Assembly: GCA_002269645.1 (NCBI GenBank)
Contig: NIVC01004294.1
Coordinates: forward strand, 1-51,419
DNA from: Macrostomum lignano
Taxonomy: Eukaryota
Length of the DNA: 51,419 bases
Reading direction: 5' to 3'
Shown here: positions 30,575 through 42,469 of the stretch, piece by piece
Position numbering within the stretch: the first letter of the stretch is position 1
Layout of the letters: every line of letters starts with the position of its first letter
Notes under the pieces: generated by a model
What the model was told of the DNA's origin: nothing
Databases searched by the model: none
What the model saw: only the letters and a program-made list of their open reading frames with translations
Made by a program: the position numbers and the translations under genes

Positions 30575-30985
30575 TGGAGGCACAAGATGAGGGAAGAGAG
30601 AGGGGAAGAGAGGGGAAGAGAAGGGAAGAGATGGAGGAAGAGAGGGGAAGAGATGGGGGAAGAGAGGGGAAGAGATGGGGGAAGAGATGGGGGAAGAGAT
30701 GGGGGAAGAGATGGGGAAGAGATTGGGGAAGAGAGGGGAAGAGATGGGGGAAGAGATGGGGGAAGAGAGGGGAAGAGATGGGGAAGAGAGGAAGGAGAGA
30801 AAGGGGAAGAGAGAGGAAGAGAGGGGAAGAGAGAGGGGAAGAGAGGGGAAGAGAGAGGGGAAGAGAGGGGAAGAGAGGGGAAGAGAGGGGAAGAGAGGGG
30901 AAGAGAGGGGGAGAGAGGGGAAGAGAGGGGAAGAGAGGGGAAGAGAGGGGAAGAGAGGGGAAGAGAGCTGAAGAGAGGAGAATAG
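30575..30985. repeat. Purine tract (GGGGAAGAGA)n, degenerate
   Basis: Nearly pure G/A; its unit is the reverse complement of the 29350-29885 unit. Confidence 0.95.
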
Positions 30986-32559
30986 TAGAATCAGCAGAAT
31001 CAAAAGTTAAGTTCCCAGAGACCAGAGCAGGAGGCGCCAATTCATGTTGACTTAGTCTATCTGCTTGTTGACTTTCCTAAATCATACAAGAGCAATTATG
31101 CAATTCAGCTTTCATACGCTCGTAGCCGCTAGCGTTGCACAGTGTTATTCGATAAGGTCGACAGGAATAGAGCAAATATATGAGCCTCTTTGAGAGCAAG
31201 ACTTCTTCTAGTTGCTAGCCGAATGGACCAATATCGGCTACCATTTTCAAATATATGTTTTTGAAAATCCAACAAGCCAACAGAAGCAGAACAGGAAAAA
31301 CATTGAATGAAAGAACAGATTTACAAAACACCCCTCCCAATGCTTTAAAACAGCAAACAGACTCTGGCAGTGTTCTGTTTATTGTTTTTATTGATGCGAC
31401 TCTTGACATCTGTGGTTCCGCCTGCAAAGCAAAGATAAGCGAAAAAATGCTTCAATTTTGCTGCATAGAACAGGCAAGACTCTGGGAAACATATCATTAG
31501 ATCTGACAGAGCGATCAAAATATGTCTTTTATGCAGCATTTTCATTTCCATGCTTTTGGACAACTGCATGCCTGTCAGTCTGTCTGTCTGTCTCCCAAAT
31601 GCTCCATCCCTATCTGCCGCTTCCATCACAGAGCCTAATTATAGTTTTGGAATACAAAGCTAACTTTTTAAAAAAACAGAGGAGATGTTCGCCCCAGCAG
31701 AAGAAGAAGACAAGAAATTCCTGCGGAACATCTGACTCTGGAGTCTTTGTCTGGACGGCACGCCTGCACCTGCTGCAGCCATGGTTCGTGACCTTCAGGC
31801 TTTTAGTCCCTGTCTTCCCCTTTCTTCCGCTTCACAACGCCAGGCTGCAAGTTCAAGCATGGAAGCAGGTGTTCCAACTCGAAGGCGAACGGAGTCAAGT
31901 GTGCTTTATGATTAGCAGCGGGGTCAACCGAGGTCGAGTGCAAAAATCTGCGAATAGCGTGCGGAGCTACGAAACGTGACAGCGCAGCGTTTCACAGTTT
32001 TGCTTTCGTGACAAAAGGTGCGAAAACGGGAACGGGGGTGTCAAGGTTATTTTTAGACTGAGGAATGGCATATCGTTTGCACAAATTTGTAGCTTTAGCA
32101 CCGATGGTGTTGACTTGACCCCCAGGTCTCCGCTGATGCGCTGGCCGAAATGTGCGGAATTTCGTATTTTTCTAATGAGTGTCTGAATATTTGGCTTAAT
32201 CTGTTTTTTAATGCACCATGCTTTTACTTAATGCGCAGGATCAACTACTGCACAGTAGAATGGCAGGATTTTATACAATTATCAACTTACTTATTCATTC
32301 AATATACGCATAATATTGCAGTAAAATGAGCACAATGCTTACCTACCGAATAACCTTACTTATCATATCTATCTACCCATTTCCTTAGCCGCCTGTGTAC
32401 AAGCTAACTTGCTTACCTAGCTACCTATGATACTCAGTACAGTTGTAAGCTACAAACCTGTACCTACCTCTCTACCTACCACGTACCTACTTATCTGTCT
32501 ACCAGCATATCTACTAGAAAAATTAGCTAACTGCTATCTGCTCAGTTTACAAGCCCACA

Positions 32560-33155
32560 GACCGTTTCTCACCTAACCTACAGTATCTACCTACCTACTT
32601 ACTTACCTACCTACCTACCTACTTACCTACCTACCTACTTACCTACCTACCCACCTACCTACCTATCTACCTACCTACTTACCTACCTACCTACCTACCT
32701 ACCAATCTACCTACCTACCTACCTATCTACCTACCTACTTACCTACCTACCTACCTACCTACCAATCCACCTACCTACCTACCTACCTACCTACCTACCT
32801 ACCTACCTACCTACCTACCTACCTACCTACCTACCTATCTACCTACCTACTTACCTACCTACCTACCTACCTACCAATCCACCTACCTACCTACCTACCT
32901 ACCTACCTACCTACCTACCTACCTACCTACCTACCTACCTACCTACCTACCTACCTACCAATCTACCTACCTACCTACCTACCTACCTACCTACCTACCT
33001 ACCTACCTACCTACCTACCCACCTACCTACCATCTACCTACCACTTACCTACCTACCTACCTACCTACTACCAATCTACCTACCTAACTACTTACCTACC
33101 TACCTACCTACCTACCTACCTACCTACCTACCTACCTACCTACCTACCTACCTAC
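32560..33155. repeat. (CCTA)n microsatellite upstream of the first recognised exon of gene C
   Basis: Long imperfect tetranucleotide run ending about 20 nt before the acceptor at 33176. Confidence 0.97.
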
Positions 33156-33176
33156 CTTGCTCTGTTCAACTCGCAG

Positions 33177-36100
33177 GCTTCGGTTTCATCGGCACGCCAG
33201 AAGCAGAAAAATTTACGGAAGCGGCTGTAGCTGTGCTGAGACACGGCTCGGTGGCGGCGAACGCTGCTGCCCTCTTCTTTGACAGCAGTCAAGGTGTGCA
33301 GATGAGCTTACAGGATGTGACAGTGGGACAATACACACATCAATGAATCCAACATTCCAAGTCTAGCGATTTCATTCATCCACTCCATCTGCCAGATCCG
33401 CAGCTGATTCAGCAGTTCCTTGATTGGCTCTCCTCGGCTGGTGTGCTGACCCTGTCCTACCAGCTGGACTCTGGTGGCTTCTCAGTTGCCAAGGCGCTCG
33501 CCGGCCTGAGCAGGGTTGGGGTCAGGCACCTGTGCGTTGTTGCTGGGCAGGCGGCAACACTGCGACTACTGGCTGAGGTTGTTATTGGAGGCTATTTCAC
33601 TGAGAATCGCCCCATTGGAGAATCCCCAATTGGAGAATAACCAATAGGAGAATCCCCACAGGAGAACCCACCATAGAAGAATCCCATAGGAGAATCCTAT
33701 AGGAAAATCCCCCATATGAGAATCCCCCATAGGAGAATCCACATAGGAGAATCCCCCATAGGAATACCCCATAGAAGAATCCTCATAGGAGAATCCCCAT
33801 AGAAGAATCCCCAATAGGAGAATCCACACGAGAGGATCCCCCATAGGAGGATCCCGTAGGAGAATCCCATAGAAAAACCCCATATGAGAATCCCAATACG
33901 AGAATCGCCCATAGGAAAACCCCCACAGGAGAACCCACCATAGAACCGCTCACTAAGACTTCCCCCAACCTCATCAACTGCATCAGCCTTTCACCCGAAC
34001 CATGCCGCAGGCGAGGGAGCAGTCAGCGCTGGGCCAAGGCTACTTCTGGCTCCTGCTTGACCCAGGCGATATCAGGCCGCTTCAGTTGCAGAATCTGCTT
34101 CAATCGGCGAAAGCAGACAACAAGACCGCAGGATACAGGGCCAATGTGATGCTGATCAGGAGCTCAACTTTTGGATTGTTGCACGGAGCTGATAGCGCTT
34201 GTTCGCCAGGGGCTTCGGCTGTGTTTCCAGGATGCGATCCGCTGAATATTACTGTGAGTAGAAACAGTCAATCAAATCAATCAAGTCAATCAAGTCAATC
34301 AAGTCAATCAAGTCAATCAAGTCAATCAAGTCAATCAAGTCAATCAAGTCAATCAAGTCAATCAAGTCAATCAAGTCAATCAAGTCAACCAAGTCAACCA
34401 AGTCAATCAAGTCAATCAAGTCAATCAAGTCAATCAAGTCAACCAAGTCAACCAAGTCAATCAAGTCAATCAAATCAATCAAATCAAATCAACCAAGTCA
34501 ATCAAGTCAATCAAGTCAATCAAGTCAATCAAGTCAATCAAGTCAATCAAGTCAATCAAGTCAACCAAGTCAACCAAGTCAACCAAGTCAACCAAGTCAA
34601 CCAAGTCAACCAAGTCAATCAAGTCAATCAAGTCAATCAAGTCAATCAAGTCAATCAAGTCAATCAAGTCAACCAAGTCAATCAAGTCAATCAAGTCAAT
34701 CAAGTCAATCAAGTCAATCAAGTCAATCAAGTCAATCAAGTCAATCAAGTCAATCAAGTCAATCAAGTCAATCAAGTCAATCAAGTCAACCAAGTCAACC
34801 AAGTCAATCAAGTCAATCAAGTCAATCAAGTCAATCAAGTCAACCAAGTCAACCAAGTCAATCAAGTCAATCAAATCAATCAAATCAAATCAACCAAGTC
34901 AATCAAGTCAATCAAGTCAATCAAGTCAATCAAGTCAATCAAGTCAATCAAGTCAATCAAGTCAATCAAGTCAATCAAGTCAATCAAGTCAATCAAGTCA
35001 ATCAAGTCAATCAAGTCAATCAAGTCAACCAAGTCAACCAAGTCAATCAAGTCAATCAAATCAATCAAATCAAATCAACCAAGTCAATCAAGTCAATCAA
35101 GTCAATCAAGTCAATCAAGTCAATCAAGTCAATCAAGTCAATCAAGTCAATCAAGTCAATCAAGTCAATCAAGTCAATCAAGTCAATCAAGTCAATCAAG
35201 TCAATCAAGTCAATCAAGTCAATCAAGTCAATCAAGTCAATCAAGTCAATCAAGTCAATCAAGTCAATCAAGTCAATCAAGTCAACCAAGTCAACCAAGT
35301 CAATCAAGTCAATCAAGTCAATCAAGTCAATCAAGTCAATCAAGTCAAGTAAAGCCGTCACCGTTTGCAGAGCCTGGAGCTTCGGACAGTTGACGCGGTG
35401 CTGGCAGTGTCCAAGGCGCTGCTGATGCCCCAAATTTCCGCTGCCAACTCGTCCGGGAGTTGCCAGCAGAGTTGGACCGGTGGCAGCGAAGCTGCGAGTC
35501 GGCTGGCAAAGGTTTGAGGGAAGGACTCACCCTTTTGCTGGGGAGAGGGTTGCGGGGGCCCTGAAGCATCAGGGAGGGGGTAGAATCATGGATCAGGGAG
35601 GGGGTAGAATCATGGATCAGGGAGGGGGTAGAATCATGGATCAGGGAGGGGGTAGAATCATGGATCAGGGAGGGGGGTAGAATCATGGATCAGGGAGGGG
35701 GTAGAATCATGGATCAGGGAGGGGGTAGAATCATGGATCAGGGAGGGGGGTAGAATCATGGATCAGGGAGGGGGTAGAATCATGGATCAGGGGAGGGGGT
35801 AGAATCATGGATCAGGGAGGGGGGTAGAATCATGGATCAGGGAGGGGGTAGAATCATGGATCAGGGAGGGGGGTAGAATCATGGATCAGGGAGGGGGTAG
35901 AATCATGGATCAGGGGAGGGGGTAGAATCATGGATCAGGGAGGGGGGTAGAATCATGGATCAGGGAGGGGGTAGAATCATGGATCAGGGAGGGGGGTAGA
36001 ATCATGGATCAGGGGAGGGGGTAGAATCATGGATCAGGGAGGGGGTAGAATCATGGATCAGGGGAGGGGGTAGAATCATGGATCAGGGGAGTTGGGTACA

Positions 36101-39100
36101 ATCATGGATCAGGGGAGTTGGGTAGAATGAGCCTGCTAAAGGGTCAGAAGAGCCTCCAAATCGCAGCTAAAAGCACTTGTATTTCAGCTCGACAATTTCG
36201 TCACCCCCTCGTCGACCATCGTCTACGATGCCGCAAGCCGGCACCTCAGCATCAGCATTGAGCTGCTGGCCACTCACACGAGTCTCGATGGCAGAACTAG
36301 TCACGTGCTCTCGGCGAATCGCTTCATTCGGAGCGGAACTTTTGCTGCTACTGGAAGCCGTTCGCAACTGCTGGGGATATTTCGGCATCGGGATCGACTG
36401 CTGGCCTTTCCGAACACCTTTGTGGACTTTGGCGGCCGAAGATTGCGAGTCTGCGCGCCAGATGTGAGACAGGGGAGACTGGAGAGGGACAGAGACTGGG
36501 GTAGAGTGACACAGAAATCTACAGAGTGAGCACTAGAAGTGACACAGACATCTATACAGTGAGCACTAGAAGTGACACAGAAATCTACAGAGTGAGCACT
36601 AGAAGTGACACAGACATCTATACAGTGAGCACTAGAAGTGACACAGACATCTATACAGTGAGCACTAGAAGTGACACAGACATCTATACAGTGAGCACTA
36701 GAAGTGACACAGACATCTATACAGTGAGCACTAGAAGTGACACAGACATCTATACAGTGATCACTAGAAGTGACACAGAAATCTACAGAGTGAGCACTAG
36801 AAGTGACACAGACATCTATACAGTGAGCACTAGAAGTGACACAGACATCTATACAGTGAGCACTAGAAGTGACACAGAAATCTACAGAGTGAGCACTAGA
36901 AGTGACACAGACATCTATACAGTGAGCACTAGAAGTGACACAGACATCTATACAGTGAGCACTAGAAGTGACACAGACATCTATACAGTGAGCACTAGAA
37001 GTGACACAGACATCTATACAGTGAGCACTAGAAGTGACACAGACATCTATACAGTGAGCACTAGAAGTGACACAGACATCTATACAGTGAGCACTAGAAG
37101 TGACACAGACATCTATACAGTGAGCACTAGAAGTGGCACAGAAATCTATACAGTGAGCACTAGAAGTGGCACAGAAATCTATACAGTGAGGACTAGAAGT
37201 GACACAGACATCTATACAGTGAGCACTAGAAGTGACACAGACATCTATACAGTGAGCACTAGAAGTGACACAGACATCTATACAGTGATCACTAGAAGTG
37301 ACACAGACATCTATACAGTGAGCACTAGAAGTGACACAGACATCTATACAGTGAGCACTAGAAGTGACACAGACATCTATACAGTGAGCACTAGAAGTGA
37401 CACAGACATCTATACAGTGAGCACTAGAAGTGACACAGACATCTATACAGCGAGCACTAGAAGTGACACAGACATCTATACAGTGAGTACTAGAAGTGAC
37501 ACAGACATCTATACAGTGAGGTATCCTATCCTGCAGTTCAGGCCCTTCACCTACTACACAAACGAGAGCTCTGAAGGCTACCTGGGCTACTAAGCTGACC
37601 TCATGGCCATCCTGCAAGAGCATCTCAACTTCTCGTGAGAATTTCGATTCGCCACTCTGAAAGTATTCTAGTTTGTTATAAACTGGCTTATTGCAAATTT
37701 TCAATTATAAAAAACCAATCTCAGAGCGTCGGTGTCTCAGGCGCCGGATCTGCAGTTTGGCGCGCCCGTGAGCGGCAGCGAGTTCTACTCCGGCTGCATC
37801 GGCGAAGTGCAACGGGGGTGAGAAACTGCGGCAGTCGGTTGGATAAGATTGAAATGGAGAGAAGGAGAGGGTAGAGAAGGAGAGGGGGAGAGAAAGAGAG
37901 GGGGAGAAAAGGATAGGGGGAGAGAAGGAGAGGGGGGAGAGAAGGAGATGGGGAGAGAAGGAGAGACGGGGAGAGAAGGAGATGGGGAGAGGAGATGGGG
38001 AGAGGAGATGGGGAGAGAAGGAGAGGGGGAGAGAAGGAGATGGGGAGAGAAGGAGATGGGGAGAGAAGGAGAGGGGGAGAGAAGGAGAGGGGAGAGAAGG
38101 AGAGAGGGAGAGGGAGAGGAGAGGGTGAGAGGGGGAGAGAAGGAGAAGGGGAGAGGAGAGAGTGAGAGGGAGAGAGAAGGAGAGGGAGAGAGAAAGAGAG
38201 GGGTAGAGAAGGAGAGGAGGAGAAAAGGATAGGGGGGAGAAGGAGATGGGGAGAGAAAGAGAGCGGGAGAGAAGGATAGGGGGAGAGAAGGAGAGGGGGG
38301 AGAGAAGGAGATGGGGAGGGAAGGAGAGGGGAGAGAAGGAGAGAGGGAGAGGGAGAGGAGAGGGTGAGAGGGAGAGAGAAGGGGAGGGGTAGAGAAGGAG
38401 AGGGGGAGAAAAGGATAGGGGAGAAAAGGAGATAGGGAGAGAAGGAGATGGGGAGGGAAGGAGAGGGGAGAGAAGGAGAGAGGGAGAGGGAGAGGAGAGG
38501 GTGAGAGGGAGAGAGAAGGGGAGGGGTAGAGAAGGAGAGGGGGAGAAAAGGATAGGGGAGAAAAGGAGATAGGGAGAGAAGGAGATGGGGAGAGAAGGAG
38601 ATGGGGGAGAGAAGGAGAGGGGGGAGAGAAGGAGATGGGGAGAGAAGGAGATGGGGAGAGAAGAAGAGGGGGAGAGAAGGAGATGGGGAGAGAAGGAGAG
38701 GGGGAGAGAAGGAGATGAGGAGAGAAGGAGAGGGGGAGAGAAGGAGAGGGGGAGAGAAGGAGAGGGGAGAGAAGGAGAGAGGGAGAGGGAAAGTGAGAGG
38801 TCACAGCCTTGAGCTACACAAAAGAGAGATTCCATCTAAACTAGCTAGTGGACAATAGATAGATAGTGAGCAGAAAGCGATCAGCAACCACTACAGTGAT
38901 CGGATTGGAGATCAGCAAAGGCATCCATTTCCAACCAAAGAACGCTGACTTCGCTCTGCCATTCGCGGTGACGACTGTCCGCGCCCGGGTTGTCCAGTTC
39001 GGCTCGGACTTCCTGGCCACCTCGAACAGCATCCTGGCCAAGCGGCCCCCGGCCAGCAGCAGGATGTGGAACCTGTTCACCCCGCTGGCCCCCGGCACCT

Positions 39101-42100
39101 GGGCGGCTCTGCTGGCGGCTTTGCTGGCCGCTTCGCTGATTGTGTACCTGCTGGCCGCTTTCAGCCCCTTCAGCGCTTGGGACCTCGACCTGCCGTACGC
39201 CTTCGCCGACGAGGTCTGGTACAAGGAGTACCTCTGGTCTCTGATTGGCAGCCTGCTGCAGCAGGGCCAGGACTTCTATCCGTTTGCTGTCAGTCCGAGG
39301 ACTGTCATGATATTCTGGTGGATGTTCATCACCATCCTCTTTGCGGTGTACACAGGTGTGACCGACTCTCATCACAAATTCAAAGACCCCGAATTCGACT
39401 ACCCCGAATTCAAAGACCCCGAATTCTAAGACCCCGAATTTAGAGATCCCGAATTCAAAGACCCCGAATTTAGAGATCCCGAATTCAAAGACCCCGAATT
39501 CAAAGATCCCGAATTCAAAGACCCCGAATTCAAAGATCCCGAATTTAGAGATCCCGAATTCAAAGACCCCGAATTCAAAGATCCCGAATTCAAAGATCCC
39601 GAATTCAAAGATCCCGAATTCAAAGATCCCGAATTCAAAGATCCCGAATTCAAAGATCCCGAATTCAAAGATCCCGAATTCAAAGATCCCGAATTCAAAG
39701 ATCCCGAATTCAAAGATCCCGAATTCGAGCATTCTAGATTTAAAGATCCCGAACTCAAATATCCCAAATTCAAAAAATCTTAAAATTAATAAGATCCCAA
39801 AATCCAAATCATCCTAGATCAAAGATCCCAATGATGTAGATTTTATTAGGTTTAAGATAAAAAATTAATCAATTATCAATTAAAATGATCCCAGAAATGA
39901 TTTTGGAAGTACGTTAGAAATCTGGAAGCACAAATACGAGAATATGAAACTGCGAGACAACCTTCCTGCAGGCGACATGACCGCTCATCTTGCAACGTCG
40001 GTAACCAGCTTCCCGATTCGAACCCTGGACGACCTGATCGCCAATCCCGAATACAAGGTGGTGGTCACCAAGGGCACCAATCTGGAGTCAAGCATCCTCA
40101 TGGCAACCGATGGACCGTTTGTTAAAGTCCGCCAGATGCTGACCGACCCAGCGGAGACCCAGGAGGAGTGCGCCAGGATTGTGCGTTTGGGATATTCTCC
40201 CATTGGGATAGCTTCTCTGATGGGATCAGACTGCACTGGGATATTCTCCCATTGGGATAACTTCTCTGATGGGATCAGACTGCACTGGGATATTCTCCCA
40301 TTGGGATAACTTCTCTGATGGGATCAGACTGCACTGGGATATTCTCCCAATGGGATAGCTTCTCTGATGGGATCAGACTGCACTGGGATATTCTCCCATT
40401 GGGATAGCTTCTCTGATGGGATCAGACTGCACTGGGATATTCTCCCATTGGGATAGCTTCTCTGATGGTATCAGACTGCATTGGGAATAATCTCCCCAAA
40501 ATGTTGCAGCTGCTCAGGTCGACGGACTCTCACCTGGTCTGCATCGCTGACACCTTATCGAATGTGTACTTCGCGAATGAGTTCTGCAAGCAGCTGTACC
40601 TGGCTGAGGATCGCTTCAACTTCTTCTTCATCAGCATGGCCCTGCCTATTGATGTCTACTATTATCCTGCTTTCAACCGGCTGTGAGTGAGACAGTCAGT
40701 CAGTCAGTCAGTGAGTCAGTGAGTGAGTGAGTGAGTGAGTGAGTGAGTCAGTCAGTCAGTCAGTCAGTCAGTCAGTCAGTCAGTCAGTCAGTCAGTCAGT
40801 CAGTCAGTCAGTCAGTCAGTCAGTCAGTCAGTCAGTCAGTCAGTCAGTCAGTCAGTCAGTCAGTCAGTCAGTCAGTCAGTCAGTCAGTCAGTCAGTCAGT
40901 CAGTCAGTCAGTCGGTCAGTCAGTCGGTCAGTCAGTTAGTCTAAAAAAAATTTCTAAGAAATATCAATTGATTGCTGTTTGTACAAATTGATTTTTGTCC
41001 CAAATGGACTGCAAAAGCTTTTGACTGAAGAGGAACCAATAAATTCTTTACCATTTATTTTTTCTTTTTTTATCATTTCTTCAGGCAAATAAGTGAAAGC
41101 AGCTTTGAAGTTCTTGCAGTCAATATTTGTTTGAGTTGCTTCCTCTTGCTGCCAACACAATGCTCGAATCGATGCGTCATATTGGCCCAGCTAGTCAGTT
41201 TCCAGCTCAAGCTTAAGCAGAGAAAATTGCATGACAAAAAGATGAACTAACGAGGACTCAACGCTTTCTACTTTGTATTTGAGGTATAGAGTTGGCTGGA
41301 GTTATAAATCTATTTGACTAATTATTCTTACTGGGGTATATAAATGATCTTTACTTCCGGTTGTAGATTCAGTAGCCTTTTAGCTAGCTCGTGACTTCCG
41401 GTTTTCATGCAAATAACTTTTAGCTACTTCCGGTTGTGGATCAAATAACTTTTCTTCCAGTTGTAGATCAAACAACTTTTAAGCTACTTCCGGTTGCAGA
41501 TCCATTAACTTTTAAGCACTTCCGGTTGTAGATTCGGTAGCCTTTTAGCTACTTCCGGTTTTCATGCCAATAACTTTTAAGCTACTTCCGTTTGCGGGTC
41601 AAATAGCTTTTAAGCTACTTCCGGTTGTAGATTAAGTAGCCTTTTAGCTACTTCCGGTTTTCATGCCAATAACTTTTAAGCTACTTCCGGTTGCAGATCC
41701 AATAACTTTTAAGCACTTCCGGTTGTAGATTCGGTAGCCTTTTAGCTACTTCCGGTTTTCATGCCAATAACTTTTAAGCTACTTCCGGTTGTAGATCCAA
41801 TAAAACGATCTTGACTTCCGGCTGTACGAACTAGTGTTTGGATCAATATACCGGAAGTGAATCATTTATTAATCCGCACGCACATTTAGACTGCAGAGGT
41901 CTCGCGAGTCCGGCTTAGCCAAATGGCTGCGCCAGCGTTATTACCCGGAAACCAACGACGAGTGCTCGGTGGCGGGCGTCACAGCCGCAGCCGGCGCCAT
42001 CAGCTTTGACGCAATCGGCGGAGCCTGCCTAGCAACCGCCGCTCTGTACGCTAGCGGGCTGATCATCCTGGCGTTGGAGCTCGCGTGGACCCGGCTGATG

Positions 42101-42133
42101 AAACGGGAGGCGTTGGAGTGCCGCTGCTACTGA
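33177..42133 (+). CDS. Divergent iGluR/IR-family receptor (ATD-S1-M1-P-M3-S2-M4), possible pseudogene (in-frame TAA plus one frameshift)
   Basis: Exons: 33177-33293, 33396-33577, 34011-34253, 35371-35511, 36167-36463, 37537-37634, 37725-37817, 38941-39355, 39972-40180, 40510-40682, 41890-42133 (TGA). Motifs: GGRRLRVCAPD/FRPF; YSGCIGEVQRG; ADFALPFAVTTVRARVVQF; WNLFTPL; LWSLIGSLLQQG (pore); FWWMFITILFAVYTGDMTAHL (M3); IRTLDDL; RESGL; M4. TAA at 37591-37593, and the junction 37817/38941 is one base short. The 5' exons are not securely found. Confidence 0.88.
33600..33950. repeat. Degenerate minisatellite (GAGAATCCCCATAG), intron of gene C
   Basis: Repeated GGAGAATCCC(C)ATA units. Confidence 0.9.
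34265..35350. repeat. 9-bp repeat (AGTCAATCA)n, intron of gene C
   Basis: About 120 units with three identical internal junctions. Confidence 0.98.
35565..36125. repeat. 24-25-bp minisatellite (GGATCAGGGAGGGGGTAGAATCAT), intron of gene C
   Basis: About 23 copies that vary mainly in G-run length. Confidence 0.97.
36500..37520. repeat. 33-bp minisatellite (GTGAGCACTAGAAGTGACACAGACATCTATACA), intron of gene C
   Basis: About 30 near-identical copies. Confidence 0.98.
37850..38795. repeat. Purine-rich array (GGAGAGAAGGAGATGG-type), intron of gene C
   Basis: Nearly pure G/A with internal duplications. Confidence 0.95.
39375..39770. repeat. 15-bp minisatellite (GAATTCAAAGATCCC), intron of gene C
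   Basis: About 25 copies. Confidence 0.97.
40189..40500. repeat. 49-bp minisatellite (GGGATATTCTCCCATTGGGATAGCTTCTCTGATGGGATCAGACTGCACT), intron of gene C
   Basis: About 6 copies filling nearly the whole 329-bp intron. Confidence 0.95.
40683..40936. repeat. (GTGA)n/(GTCA)n microsatellite starting at the splice donor
   Basis: Begins with the donor GTGAGT itself. Confidence 0.97.
41350..41860. repeat. About 32-33-bp degenerate array with an ACTTCCGG core, last intron of gene C
   Basis: About 15 cores, plus one inverted ACCGGAAGT near 41850. Confidence 0.9.
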
Positions 42134-42469
42134 CGGCCCCGACCACCAACTTTCTGAATATTGACGACTCAATAAAAGCTTAAGTAAACTATGGCTAACA
42201 ATGCCTCGTCAGCTTATCAGTAAAGTTGAACAATTCGAGTTAAGTTTAAGTTAATTATTGACTTGACATCAACATTCATAATGTGCAACATTGTGTATTT
42301 GATATCAATTTGTCCAAACCTATTATTAATGAGAAAGATGAAAATCAAATTTTACAGCTTAAAATCTGTTTCATTTTGATTCCTTTTATTCACCCATTAC
42401 AAAATCTCATCTCAATTGAATCTCACTCCACTCACCACACTACCCCCATCCCAGCCTCCCACAGCCCAC

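Noticed and set aside
31458-31979. 173-aa ORF upstream of gene C
   Set aside because: No domain is recognised, the start is non-ATG, and the composition is not exon-like throughout.
32065-32267. Candidate signal-peptide and first exons of gene C (MAYRLHKFVALAPMVL..., SINYCTVEWQ)
   Set aside because: They require both a frameshift and a non-canonical donor, so they were not annotated as features.
41350-41860. CRISPR-like appearance (conserved core with variable linkers); the 36500-37520 and 25750-26990 arrays were also considered
   Set aside because: The linkers are related to each other rather than unique spacers, there are no cas genes, and the context is a eukaryotic intron or intergenic DNA.
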